NCBI GenBank assembly: GCA_016871255.1
Contig: VFZH01000002.1
Coordinates: 851 to 64,850, forward strand
DNA length: 64,000 nt
Origin: Acidimicrobiia bacterium
Lineage (GTDB): Bacteria; Acidobacteriota; Vicinamibacteria; Vicinamibacterales; UBA2999
Direction: 5' to 3'
Both the position numbers and the translations under genes were made by a program. Positions 20,457-28,294 of this stretch are shown here, one piece after another. Position 1 is the first letter of the stretch. Each line of letters starts with the position of its first letter. The notes under the pieces are model-generated. The model was not told where the DNA came from and made no database searches. It worked only from the letters and a program-made list of their open reading frames with translations.

Positions 20457-21002
20457 TCAGGCGTCGTCGAGTTCGACGTTCCAGTACAGGTAGTCGCGCC
20501 AGCTCTCCGGCGCGTTGCGCAGCCCGATCGTGATGCGGAAGGCCGGCACCGTGTCCGGGCGGCGTGGCGCACGGACCAGGCGCATGCCGGCCTCGGCGGG
20601 CGTGCGTCCACCCTTGCGCCGGTTGCACCGGACGCAGCAGGTGACGATGTTCTCCCAGTCCTTCCGCCCGCCCTGGGCCACCGGCACCACGTGGTCGAAC
20701 GTCAGGTCCGCGGCCTGGTAGACCTCGTCGCAGTACTGACACGTGTAGTTGTCGCGCCCGTAGATGTTGGCACGCGAGAACGGCACGTAATCGAAACGGC
20801 GCTTGATGCGAACGAACCGGAGGAGGCGGATGACGGAAGGCAGCTTGACGCTGAACGACACCGCGCGTATTTCGCGGTCGTGGACCGCGATCACCTCGAC
20901 CTTCCCCTGGCAGAGCAGCGTGATCGCCTTCTGCCAGTGCACGACCTTCAGCGGCTCGTAGGACGCGTTGAGGAGCAGCGTCTGTTCCATGACCCGCTTC
21001 AT
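20457..21002 (-). CDS. HNH endonuclease (McrA-like small family)
   Basis: 181 aa. The motif is CQYCDEVYQAADLTFDHVVPVAQGGRKDWENIVTCCVRCNRRKG (Cys4 plus HNH). Confidence 0.85.
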   Translation of the reverse strand: MKRVMEQTLLLNASYEPLKVVHWQKAITLLCQGKVEVIAVHDREIRAVSFSVKLPSVIRLLRFVRIKRRFDYVPFSRANIYGRDNYTCQYCDEVYQAADLTFDHVVPVAQGGRKDWENIVTCCVRCNRRKGGRTPAEAGMRLVRAPRRPDTVPAFRITIGLRNAPESWRDYLYWNVELDDA

Positions 21003-21069
21003 GATGCCCGGAGCTCTTCAGGACTGTCAAGAGACCGGGCGTCTGTAAGAGATAGTGCCTGCAAGGGTT

Positions 21070-21230
21070 AGGGCCCTGGCCTGAATACGGTTGCCGACTC
21101 CCGGGCGGCGAGGCGCCCGGATCGCCAGGCGCGAGGAGGGAGCAGGCCGGGTGCCTGTGACCGACGAGCAACGCCGCGAGGCGGGATGCATCGTCGGCCG
21201 AGATGGCAACCTTGTTCAGGCCAGGGCCCT
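21070..21230. repeat. 161-bp element closed by a 16-bp perfect inverted repeat plus a 7-bp second stem
   Basis: AGGGCCCTGGCCTGAA (21070-21085) is the exact reverse complement of TTCAGGCCAGGGCCCT (21215-21230). After 3x3 unpaired nt, GGTTGCC (21089-21095) pairs with GGCAACC (21205-21211). An internal hairpin CCGGGCG-gcgagg-CGCCCGG lies at 21101-21120. Confidence 0.6.
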
Positions 21231-21324
21231 TGGCGACAAGCGATCGTCACGGCTGTCACGAGCGCGCCACGCCTCAAGGCCGCGCGGCTTCGGGCCGATA
21301 GGACTCTCTGTGAACCGATCCCTG

Positions 21325-21831
21325 ATGACGCTGATCGTGGCGGCGGTGTTGGCCACGGGTTGCGCCAGCTCGGGAGCGGTGCCGAGACCGCGACCGTTCC
21401 CGGGCGCCGGGACGCCGGCCGCGGAGCCGCCGGTGCCGCGCGCGCCACTGCCACCCGGGCTGTCGTCGCTGTCAGGGGTCGTGGACACCGCCCTCACCTA
21501 CCTGGGAACCCCCTATCGGTACGGGGGCAGCGACCCGCGCGGCTTCGACTGCAGCGGCTTCGTCCAGTACGTGTTCGCGCGACACGGCGTCGCGCTGCCC
21601 CGCGAGGTCGGCGATCAGTACCACCTCGGCCGGCGCGTGCAGCCGTCAGACGTGAAGCAGGGGGATCTGATCTTCTTCTCGACCGTGGCCCGCGGGCCGT
21701 CGCACGTGGGCATGGCGATCTCGAACAGCACGTTCGTCCACGCCCCGAGCTCGAAGGGGGTCGTCCGGGTGGAGCGGTTCGGGTCGCGCTACTGGGCCCG
21801 GCGGCTGGTCGCCGTCAAGCGGCTTCACTGA
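21325..21831 (+). CDS. NlpC/P60 family peptidoglycan endopeptidase (lipoprotein)
   Basis: Internal ATG (or GTG 21310) of ORF 21091..21831. It has the lipobox LATGC and the catalytic region YRYGGSDPRGFDCSGFVQYVF ... HVGMAI. Confidence 0.85.
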   Translation: MTLIVAAVLATGCASSGAVPRPRPFPGAGTPAAEPPVPRAPLPPGLSSLSGVVDTALTYLGTPYRYGGSDPRGFDCSGFVQYVFARHGVALPREVGDQYHLGRRVQPSDVKQGDLIFFSTVARGPSHVGMAISNSTFVHAPSSKGVVRVERFGSRYWARRLVAVKRLH

Positions 21832-21834
21832 CCT

Positions 21835-22749
21835 TCATTCGAGCGGCGCGGCCGCATCCGGCGCGGGCGTTGCCGGTTCGGCGGCCGCGGGGATCCCTTC
21901 GGCGCCTTCGGTGGCCTCCGCCTCGGGCGGATCGAGCGGCAGCTCCTCCGGCACGGATACCGGCGAGGCATCCACGTCCGGCGCCTCCAGGTCCGCATCT
22001 TCCACCACCGGCGGCAGCGTGGCGCTCAGCACCGGCGTGGCGGACGGCGGGGTGACGTCTCCCATGCGTCCGAGGATGAGCTGCTGACGCCGCACGACGC
22101 CCCTCGTCGGCTTCGCGGGATTCAGGACACGCGGGTTGATGATGACGGCGGCCAGCAGCGCGGCCTGATCGCGTGTCAGGGCTGCGGCCGCCTGGCCGAA
22201 GTGCTGGCGCGACGCCGCCTCGGCGCCCCAGACGCCGTTCCCCCACTCGATCAGGTTCAGGTACAGCTCCAGGATCCGTTCCTTCGTCAGGGCCGCTTCG
22301 AGTCGCCTGGTGATGACGAGCTCGCGGAACTTGCGCAGTGGATTCCGGGACGGCGACAGGTACAGGTTCTTGGCGAGCTGCTGCGTGATGGTGCTGGCGC
22401 CGCGCATCGGCTCACCGGTTTCCAGCCGGTCCTCGATGGCCCTGCGCAGTTGCACGAGGTCCACCCCCTCGTGGTCCCAGAAGGCGTCGTCTTCGGCCAC
22501 GAGCACCGCGCGCTTGAGATGCGACGAGATGCGGTTGTACGGGACCCACGTGTGGTGGTGCGGCAGGGAGCGACCAGCGGCCGCGGCCTCCCGCTGCCGC
22601 AGCTCCATCATCGCGGTCGTGGACGGGTTCACGTGCGCCAGCGGACGGACGTCCGGGAGCGTCACGTACATGTAGGCCAGCAGCGTGAACACCGCCCCGG
22701 CCGTCGCCAGGACGGTGCGGGTCACGGAGGCGCGCAGGCTGACGTTCAC
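21835..22749 (-). CDS. mtgA: monofunctional peptidoglycan glycosyltransferase (GT51)
   Basis: 304 aa. GT51 motifs are VLVAEDDAFWDHEGVD, GASTITQQLAKNLYL and RKFRELVITRRLE. The GTG start overlaps the upstream stop by 1 nt. Confidence 0.85.
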   Translation of the reverse strand: MNVSLRASVTRTVLATAGAVFTLLAYMYVTLPDVRPLAHVNPSTTAMMELRQREAAAAGRSLPHHHTWVPYNRISSHLKRAVLVAEDDAFWDHEGVDLVQLRRAIEDRLETGEPMRGASTITQQLAKNLYLSPSRNPLRKFRELVITRRLEAALTKERILELYLNLIEWGNGVWGAEAASRQHFGQAAAALTRDQAALLAAVIINPRVLNPAKPTRGVVRRQQLILGRMGDVTPPSATPVLSATLPPVVEDADLEAPDVDASPVSVPEELPLDPPEAEATEGAEGIPAAAEPATPAPDAAAPLE

Positions 22750-24191
22750 TACCCTCCGACGACGATCTTGATCCGGCGGCCGGGCTCCGGTCTGGAGCCG
22801 GCGGGTGAATCGTTCATGATCGCGAGCGTCTGCGCATCGACGATCCCGCCCGAGGCTTCGGCGATGGAAGCCCAGGTGTCGTTGCTCCGCACCGTGTACA
22901 GATCGATGCGGTTCGGATGGATCGCTTCCGCCTCCGCAGCCGACAGCGCCCGGAACGAGCGGATGGTGCGCAGGAACTCCGCATCCACCTGCTCGAACGC
23001 CGCGGGGGGCGCGATCCCGGCCACGAGGTAGATCTGGCGGTTGTGGGAGATGTGCCCGGCGCGCAGCACCACGTTGCCAAGACCCTGCAGGCGTCCGCGG
23101 TACACGCCCACCCAGGCCTCGAGACCGTTGAGGGTTGCCCGATCGCCCTGGACGGGTGCCAGACCGGCGCCCCGCATGCTGTTCAGCGCCACCTCCTGGA
23201 CGGTCCTCCCCTGCGGCTGCTGCACGATCTCCATGAGCATGACCAGGTCCGCCCCGGGGGCGCTGGCAACCACCTGCCGGGGTGAGTTCATGACCTCCCA
23301 GGTCTGCGGGAACTCGAGCTGCAGGCGCAGCTCCGGGTGCAGGAAGGTGCTGCCGCGGACGATCCCCTGTTCGGGGTTGTCGCCGTAGAGCATGCCGTCC
23401 ACGCGGCGCAGATAGCCGTCGCGCTCCACGGTGAACGAACCACCGGCCGCGGTGAGCTGCTGGACGAGCGGCTGGATGTCCTTGACGCGTGAAGCGGGTT
23501 CCGGATGGGTCGAGAGCCAGTTGGGCACGCCCCGCGTCGATCCCTCACTCAGCCGGCCGAGCGTGGTCAGAAACGCCGGCACCTGCCGCGGATCCCAGCC
23601 GTTGGTGGCCGCGTACCGCGCTCCGAGATCGTCGGCCTGCAGCTCGTCGTCGCGGCCGTACTTCAGAAACAGGGCCCCGACTGCCGTACTGGTGACGTCG
23701 CCAAGCGGCCGCGCGGCAGGCACGAAGATGCCAAGCGCCGCGAGGCCGACCGAACCGCTCACCTGCCGCGTGTACTGCTGCGCCGAATGGCGCGCCGTGA
23801 CGTGTCCGATCTCGTGCCCGAGCACGCCGACGAGCTGCGCCTCGTTGTCGAGGTAGGACAGGATGCCTCGCGTGATGTAGATGAACCCGCCCGGCACGGC
23901 GAAGGCATTCACCACGGGCTGATCGACCACGGTGAAGTGCCAGGGCAGGTCCGGGCGCTCGGACCGCCGCGCCAGGCGCTGGCCGAGCTCGTTGACGTAC
24001 TGCTGAAGCGCCGGGTCGTCGTATTCCCCCATCTCCTCGAGGATCTGGGGGTGGCTCTCCTGCCCGATCCCGATTTCCTGGGACTCGCTCATCAGCATGA
24101 CCTCGCGCCGCCCGGTGACCGGGTTGGTGGCGCAGGCCACGAGCCCGCCAAGGATCGCGGCCACGAGCGGCAGGGCAAGTTGGACTCGCAC
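22749..24191 (-). CDS. M48-family zinc metalloprotease with a C-terminal LysM domain
   Basis: GTG at 24191 with a GGAGGAG RBS 5 nt upstream. Features are the lipoprotein-like LVACA, HEIGHVTARH (HExxH), and the C-terminal YTVRSNDTWASIAEASG (LysM). Confidence 0.8.
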   Translation of the reverse strand: MRVQLALPLVAAILGGLVACATNPVTGRREVMLMSESQEIGIGQESHPQILEEMGEYDDPALQQYVNELGQRLARRSERPDLPWHFTVVDQPVVNAFAVPGGFIYITRGILSYLDNEAQLVGVLGHEIGHVTARHSAQQYTRQVSGSVGLAALGIFVPAARPLGDVTSTAVGALFLKYGRDDELQADDLGARYAATNGWDPRQVPAFLTTLGRLSEGSTRGVPNWLSTHPEPASRVKDIQPLVQQLTAAGGSFTVERDGYLRRVDGMLYGDNPEQGIVRGSTFLHPELRLQLEFPQTWEVMNSPRQVVASAPGADLVMLMEIVQQPQGRTVQEVALNSMRGAGLAPVQGDRATLNGLEAWVGVYRGRLQGLGNVVLRAGHISHNRQIYLVAGIAPPAAFEQVDAEFLRTIRSFRALSAAEAEAIHPNRIDLYTVRSNDTWASIAEASGGIVDAQTLAIMNDSPAGSRPEPGRRIKIVVGG

Positions 24192-24207
24192 CGAATCTCC
24201 TCCTCGC

Positions 24208-25398
24208 TCACTCCCGAAGCAGGGTTTCCGCCAGACTGGCGGTGGCAGCGGCGCGGCCCGCACCCGGCTCCAGCCGGTGTCCGTGGGCAGTCAACGCCCT
24301 TTCCAGGGCATCCAGCAGGGTCAGGAGTGTGTCGGAGGTTGACCCGGCGCCCATCAGCCCGACGCGCCAGATGCGTCCGGCGAGCGGCCCCAGACCACCC
24401 CCTATCTCGATCTGCCATCGATCCAGCAGCATGCGCCTGACCGACGCTTCGTCCACACCGTCCGGCACCCGCACCGCATGCAGGGTGTGCAGGCGGTCGG
24501 CTGGCGCCGGCAGCAGCGACAGGCCCATGGCTTCGAGCGCCGCGATGAACGCAACGTGATGCCGCCGATGCCTGGCCCACCGCTGCTCGAGCCCTTCCTC
24601 GTCGATCAGGATCAGCGCCTCGAGCAGCGCGTAGACGAGCGAGGCCGACAGCGTGTGGTGGTACGACCGCTCGCGCCAGTAGCGTTCGAGCAGGGCGAGG
24701 TCGAGGTAGAAGCTGCGCGCGGGCACCAGGGCCTGCCTGGACGGGCCCGAGACGGCGATCGGCGCGAGCCCCGAGGGCGAGCCGATGCACTTCTGCGTGC
24801 ACGAGTAGGCGACGTCGATCCCCCACTCCGCGAGGCGGACCTCGTGTCCGCCAAGCGAGGTGACCATGTCGGCGATCGTGCGCGCGCCGTGAGCGCGGGC
24901 GACCGAAGCCAGGTCGCGTGCCGGGTTGAGGACGCCCGTCGAGGTTTCGGCGTGGACGAAGGCGACCATGTCTGCGCGGTCCCGGACCAGCGCCGCGCGG
25001 AGGCGATCCGGGTCGCAGGCCTGGCCCCACTCGACTTCCAGGCGGCGGACCTGCCCCCCGTAGCGCTGGCACATCTGTGCCAGCCGATCGCCGAAGTAGC
25101 CCGTGACCACGACGAGCACGCGCGCGCCGTCCGCGACCGTATTCGCAACGGCGGCTTCCATACCGGACGTGCCCGTGCCGGGAGTCGCCAGCGCCAGCGA
25201 TTCACCATCGGCGCCGAAGAGCCGCTGCAGCCGCGCCCGCACCTCGTCGAGCAATGGGACGAAGGCCGGGTCCAGATGGCTCAGCACCGGGTGGCCGAGT
25301 GCGGCCATCACGCGGGGCGCCATCGGGCTGGGCCCGGGGCCCAGCAACAGCCGGTCGGGGATGCGAGGCCGGGAGGATTCGGGAGGCATCGGCATCAC
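24208..25398 (-). CDS. class-V aminotransferase (alanine-glyoxylate / serine-pyruvate aminotransferase family)
   Basis: 396 aa. Motifs are LLGPGPSPMAPRV, TPGTGTSGMEAA and the PLP-lysine motif SCTQKCIGSPSGLAPIAVS. Confidence 0.85.
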   Translation of the reverse strand: MMPMPPESSRPRIPDRLLLGPGPSPMAPRVMAALGHPVLSHLDPAFVPLLDEVRARLQRLFGADGESLALATPGTGTSGMEAAVANTVADGARVLVVVTGYFGDRLAQMCQRYGGQVRRLEVEWGQACDPDRLRAALVRDRADMVAFVHAETSTGVLNPARDLASVARAHGARTIADMVTSLGGHEVRLAEWGIDVAYSCTQKCIGSPSGLAPIAVSGPSRQALVPARSFYLDLALLERYWRERSYHHTLSASLVYALLEALILIDEEGLEQRWARHRRHHVAFIAALEAMGLSLLPAPADRLHTLHAVRVPDGVDEASVRRMLLDRWQIEIGGGLGPLAGRIWRVGLMGAGSTSDTLLTLLDALERALTAHGHRLEPGAGRAAATASLAETLLRE

Positions 25399-26291
25399 GC
25401 GCGCACGGGCAGCGCCCCGAGCGCTGCGAGCTCGACACGGAGCGCGTCGACGAGCGATGGAGGCGGCGGCAGCAGCGGCGGCCTGGGCCGCCCCCCGGTC
25501 AGGCCGATCAGGTCGATTGCCGCTTTCAGCGCCGGCACACCGCCCGTGGCGCCGACCAGACGGCCAAGGGGGGCCAGGCGCCGCTGGAGCGACCGCGCGT
25601 CCTCCAGCCGTTCACCCTGCATGAGCGACCGGAGGTGGCTGCACAGGCCGGGAACGAGAGCCGCCAGGGCGAGCACTGCGCCCGAGCAGCCGACAGCCAG
25701 CGCCGGCAGGAACGTGGAGGCCGAGCCGGCGAGCACCGCGAAATCCGGTGGCGTGCGCGCGACGAACTCCGCAAGCTGCGCGACGTCACCCCCCGACTCC
25801 TTGATGCCGGCCACGTTCGGATGGGTCGCCAGCCGCTCGACCGCATCAGGGGGCAGGTTCACACCGGTGAACATGGCGACGTTGTAGAGCAGGACCGGCA
25901 CCGGGGAGGCGTCCGCAACGGCGGTGTAGTGCCGGACGAACACCTCGGTCGTCATCTGTGGCTTGAAGAACGATGGCGTCCGCACCAGCACCGCGTCCAC
26001 GCCAGCCGCCGCCGCCCTGCGCGTCGCCTGGATCGCCTCGCGCGTCGATTCGCGTCCAGTGCCCGCCACCAGCAGGCGTCCCGAGGGAACGACGGAACGC
26101 GACACGGCGATCGCACGATCGGCTTCGTCGTCATCGAGCGCGACCGATTCGCCGTTGGACCCGAGAACGACCACACCATCGAGGGGGGTCGCCATCCAGT
26201 GCGCCAGGTTGCGGGCAAGGCCCGCTTCATCGAGTGTGTCCCGTTCCGTGAACGGAGTCGGGATGGGCGCGAACAGCCCGGACAGGCGCAC
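25395..26291 (-). CDS. DapA/DHDPS-family class I aldolase (specific substrate not assignable)
   Basis: 298 aa. Motifs are PIPTPF, VVLGSNGES, LLYNVAMFTG and the Schiff-base lysine in VAGIKESGGD. It has a 4-nt overlap with the downstream aminotransferase. Confidence 0.85.
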   Translation of the reverse strand: MRLSGLFAPIPTPFTERDTLDEAGLARNLAHWMATPLDGVVVLGSNGESVALDDDEADRAIAVSRSVVPSGRLLVAGTGRESTREAIQATRRAAAAGVDAVLVRTPSFFKPQMTTEVFVRHYTAVADASPVPVLLYNVAMFTGVNLPPDAVERLATHPNVAGIKESGGDVAQLAEFVARTPPDFAVLAGSASTFLPALAVGCSGAVLALAALVPGLCSHLRSLMQGERLEDARSLQRRLAPLGRLVGATGGVPALKAAIDLIGLTGGRPRPPLLPPPPSLVDALRVELAALGALPVRA

Positions 26292-26544
26292 CAGGCCATT
26301 CTAGCGGAGGCAGTGACAGCCCCCGGGCAGCGTCACCACCCACCACAGGCCAATCAGCTCAGCCGGACAGGTTGTTCTCCCCAAGGATGGACAGAGTTCG
26401 CCCTGAAGGCAGACTGAATTTTCGTGCTGCCGCCGTTCGAGCCATGAGTCTCGGCTATCATGGTGCGAGCGTGTCGGTGTCGGGTGGGGAAGTGTGTACG
26501 TGTGCGGTGCGGGCGTCAGGCTCACTGGCGAGAGGGCAGAGCGA

Positions 26545-28233
26545 ATGACTCGATTCCCCGCAGCGGGTGTGAACGCGTTCGGTCGTCTACTGGTCGTGGT
26601 GCTGGTGGGGCTGACGGCGTCAGCGGCCGTGGCGGAAGCCCAGTCCGCCTTCCCGCGCCGGGCGCTGCTGTCACCGACGCCGCAGCAGATGGTGGCGGAC
26701 GACGACTTCAGCGCCCCCTCTGACGACGCCACGAGGCTGGTGCTGACGGGCACCCGCCGGCAGATCAACGACCTTGCTTCCAGGCACGGTCTGCGCATCA
26801 GAAAGCGGCTGGCCTGGGGCGCGGCCGTGGACGTCCCACCGGGCATGCTTCGGGAAGTCGTGGATGACGGGGAGCTCGACCAGGCCGCGATCGACCTTCG
26901 GGTTGCCGGCTCGATGGACGTGTCCGGCATCTCGACGGGCGCCGATCAGGCGTGGTCGAACCAGTGGCGCATCAGCGGCGCCTTCAAGCCCTCGCCTGGC
27001 TTTCCGGTCAACGGCACCGGTGTCACCATCGCGATCATCGACTCCGGGATCGATCCGCACCCGGCCCTCAGCGGTCGCGTACTCGCGAGCGTGAACTTCA
27101 CCGGTGCTGCCGACGCCACGGACGACCACGGGCACGGCACGCACGTCGCCGGCATCGTGGCGGGCGCGAACATCAGCCAGAACCCGCCCGCGTCGGGCGT
27201 GGCACCGGGCGCGCTGCTGGTCAACCTGAAGGTGCTCGGGGCGGACGGTTCCGGCTACACCAGCGACGTGATCGAGGCCATCGACTGGGCGATCGCGAAC
27301 AGGACGGCGTACAACATCCGCATCATCAACCTGTCGCTGGGGCACCCGTCCATCGAATCGTGGGCCGCCGACCCGCTGTGCCAGGCGGTCGAACGCGCGT
27401 ACCACGCCGGCATCTTCGTCGTGGCGGCGGCGGGCAACCGCGGCAAGCACCCGGACACGGGCGAGAAGATCTACGGCCTGATCGACTCGCCGGGCGTATC
27501 GCCCTATGCGTTCACCGTGGGTGCGCTGAACACGTTCGCCACCGCGTTCCGGTCCGACGACGGGGTGACGACCTACAGCTCCCGCGGCCCGACGTGGATC
27601 GACCACCTCCCGAAGCCGGACATCGGCGCACCCGGCAACCGGATCCGGAGCCTGCTCGGGACGGATACGACGCTGGCGCAGGCGTATCCCCAGTTCGTGA
27701 TCGGGACCGGTCCGGACGCGGTGCTCGAGTTAAGCGGCAGCAGCATGGCGGCGGGGGTGGTGAGCGGCGCGGCGGCGCTGCTGCTGCAGGGCAAGCCGGC
27801 CACGACACCGCTCGGTCTGCGCGTGGCGCTCCAGTACTCGTCCAGTCTCGTGCCGGGAAGCACGGCGCTCGAGACAGGGGTCGGCAGCCTGAACGTCGTC
27901 AGCGCCTTGAAGGGGATCTTCTCGACCAAGGCCAAGTCGTTCCCGGCCCTGATCGCGGGCGAGCTGATCGCCAACCAACAGGGGGTCTTCGCTGCGGCCG
28001 TCGTGAACGCACCCGGCGCCGTTGGTGCAGACGGTATCGCGTGGTCAGACGGAATAGCCTGGTCTGATGGTATCGCGTGGGCTGATGGCATCGCGTGGGC
28101 TGACGGCATCGCGTGGGCTGACGGCATCGCGTGGTCGGATGGCATCTCATGGTCCGACGGCATCGCTTGGTCAGATGGCATCGCGTGGTCCGACGGCATC
28201 TCGTGGTCGGATGGCATCACCTTACCGGACTGA
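26545..28233 (+). CDS. secreted subtilisin-family (S8) serine protease with a C-terminal hexapeptide-repeat tail
   Basis: Internal ATG of ORF 26494..28233, with a signal peptide ending AVAEAQSA. The triad is Asp AIIDSGID, His HGTHVAGIVAG, Ser GSSMAAGVVSGAAALL. The tail is (DGI[AS]W[SA])x10. Confidence 0.88.
   Translation: MTRFPAAGVNAFGRLLVVVLVGLTASAAVAEAQSAFPRRALLSPTPQQMVADDDFSAPSDDATRLVLTGTRRQINDLASRHGLRIRKRLAWGAAVDVPPGMLREVVDDGELDQAAIDLRVAGSMDVSGISTGADQAWSNQWRISGAFKPSPGFPVNGTGVTIAIIDSGIDPHPALSGRVLASVNFTGAADATDDHGHGTHVAGIVAGANISQNPPASGVAPGALLVNLKVLGADGSGYTSDVIEAIDWAIANRTAYNIRIINLSLGHPSIESWAADPLCQAVERAYHAGIFVVAAAGNRGKHPDTGEKIYGLIDSPGVSPYAFTVGALNTFATAFRSDDGVTTYSSRGPTWIDHLPKPDIGAPGNRIRSLLGTDTTLAQAYPQFVIGTGPDAVLELSGSSMAAGVVSGAAALLLQGKPATTPLGLRVALQYSSSLVPGSTALETGVGSLNVVSALKGIFSTKAKSFPALIAGELIANQQGVFAAAVVNAPGAVGADGIAWSDGIAWSDGIAWADGIAWADGIAWADGIAWSDGISWSDGIAWSDGIAWSDGISWSDGITLPD
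28030..28221 (+). repeat. 18-bp in-frame tandem repeat, 10 full units plus a partial one (encodes DGIAWS-type hexapeptides)
   Basis: Units start every 18 nt from 28030 to 28192. They differ mostly at synonymous third positions (gac/gat, ggt/gga/ggc, atc/ata), plus A/S swaps. Confidence 0.95.
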
Positions 28234-28294
28234 GATCTCGTGACTTGGCACTAGTCAAGTCTCGCGCCCGTAAACGAGCAATTGCTGCAACCGG

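Noticed and set aside
21003-21324. c-di-AMP (ydaO-type) riboswitch upstream of the NlpC/P60 gene.
   Set aside because: I could not find the conserved ydaO segments as I recall them (GGGGACCCA and ACAGCUAACCUCGUAAGCG-like). The structured element at 21070-21230 is reported instead as unclassified.
26461-26520. G/T-rich tract (gtgtcggtgtcgggtggggaagtgtgtacgtgtgcggtgcggg) upstream of the S8 protease, considered as a possible G-quadruplex or repeat.
   Set aside because: It has no regular period, and its G-runs are too short and too few for a canonical G4. It is probably just promoter or leader sequence.
27573-28220. Minus-strand ORF with a striking MPSDHA/MPSAHA repeat.
   Set aside because: It is the reverse-complement reading of the 18-bp repeat at the 3' end of the S8 protease gene. 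The plus-strand frame is continuous with a complete Asp/His/Ser protease.
28030-28221. Possible CRISPR array, because of regularly spaced short repeats.
   Set aside because: The repeats are contiguous 18-bp units with no spacers. They are in frame within a protease gene, and no cas genes are nearby.
28245-28260. Perfect -24-like TTGGCAC, 44 nt upstream of the HD-GYP start.
   Set aside because: The position where the invariant -12 GC should fall reads AAGT (GT instead of GC). Without the -12 dinucleotide I do not call a sigma-54 promoter. It remains worth a glance if 5' ends are mapped.
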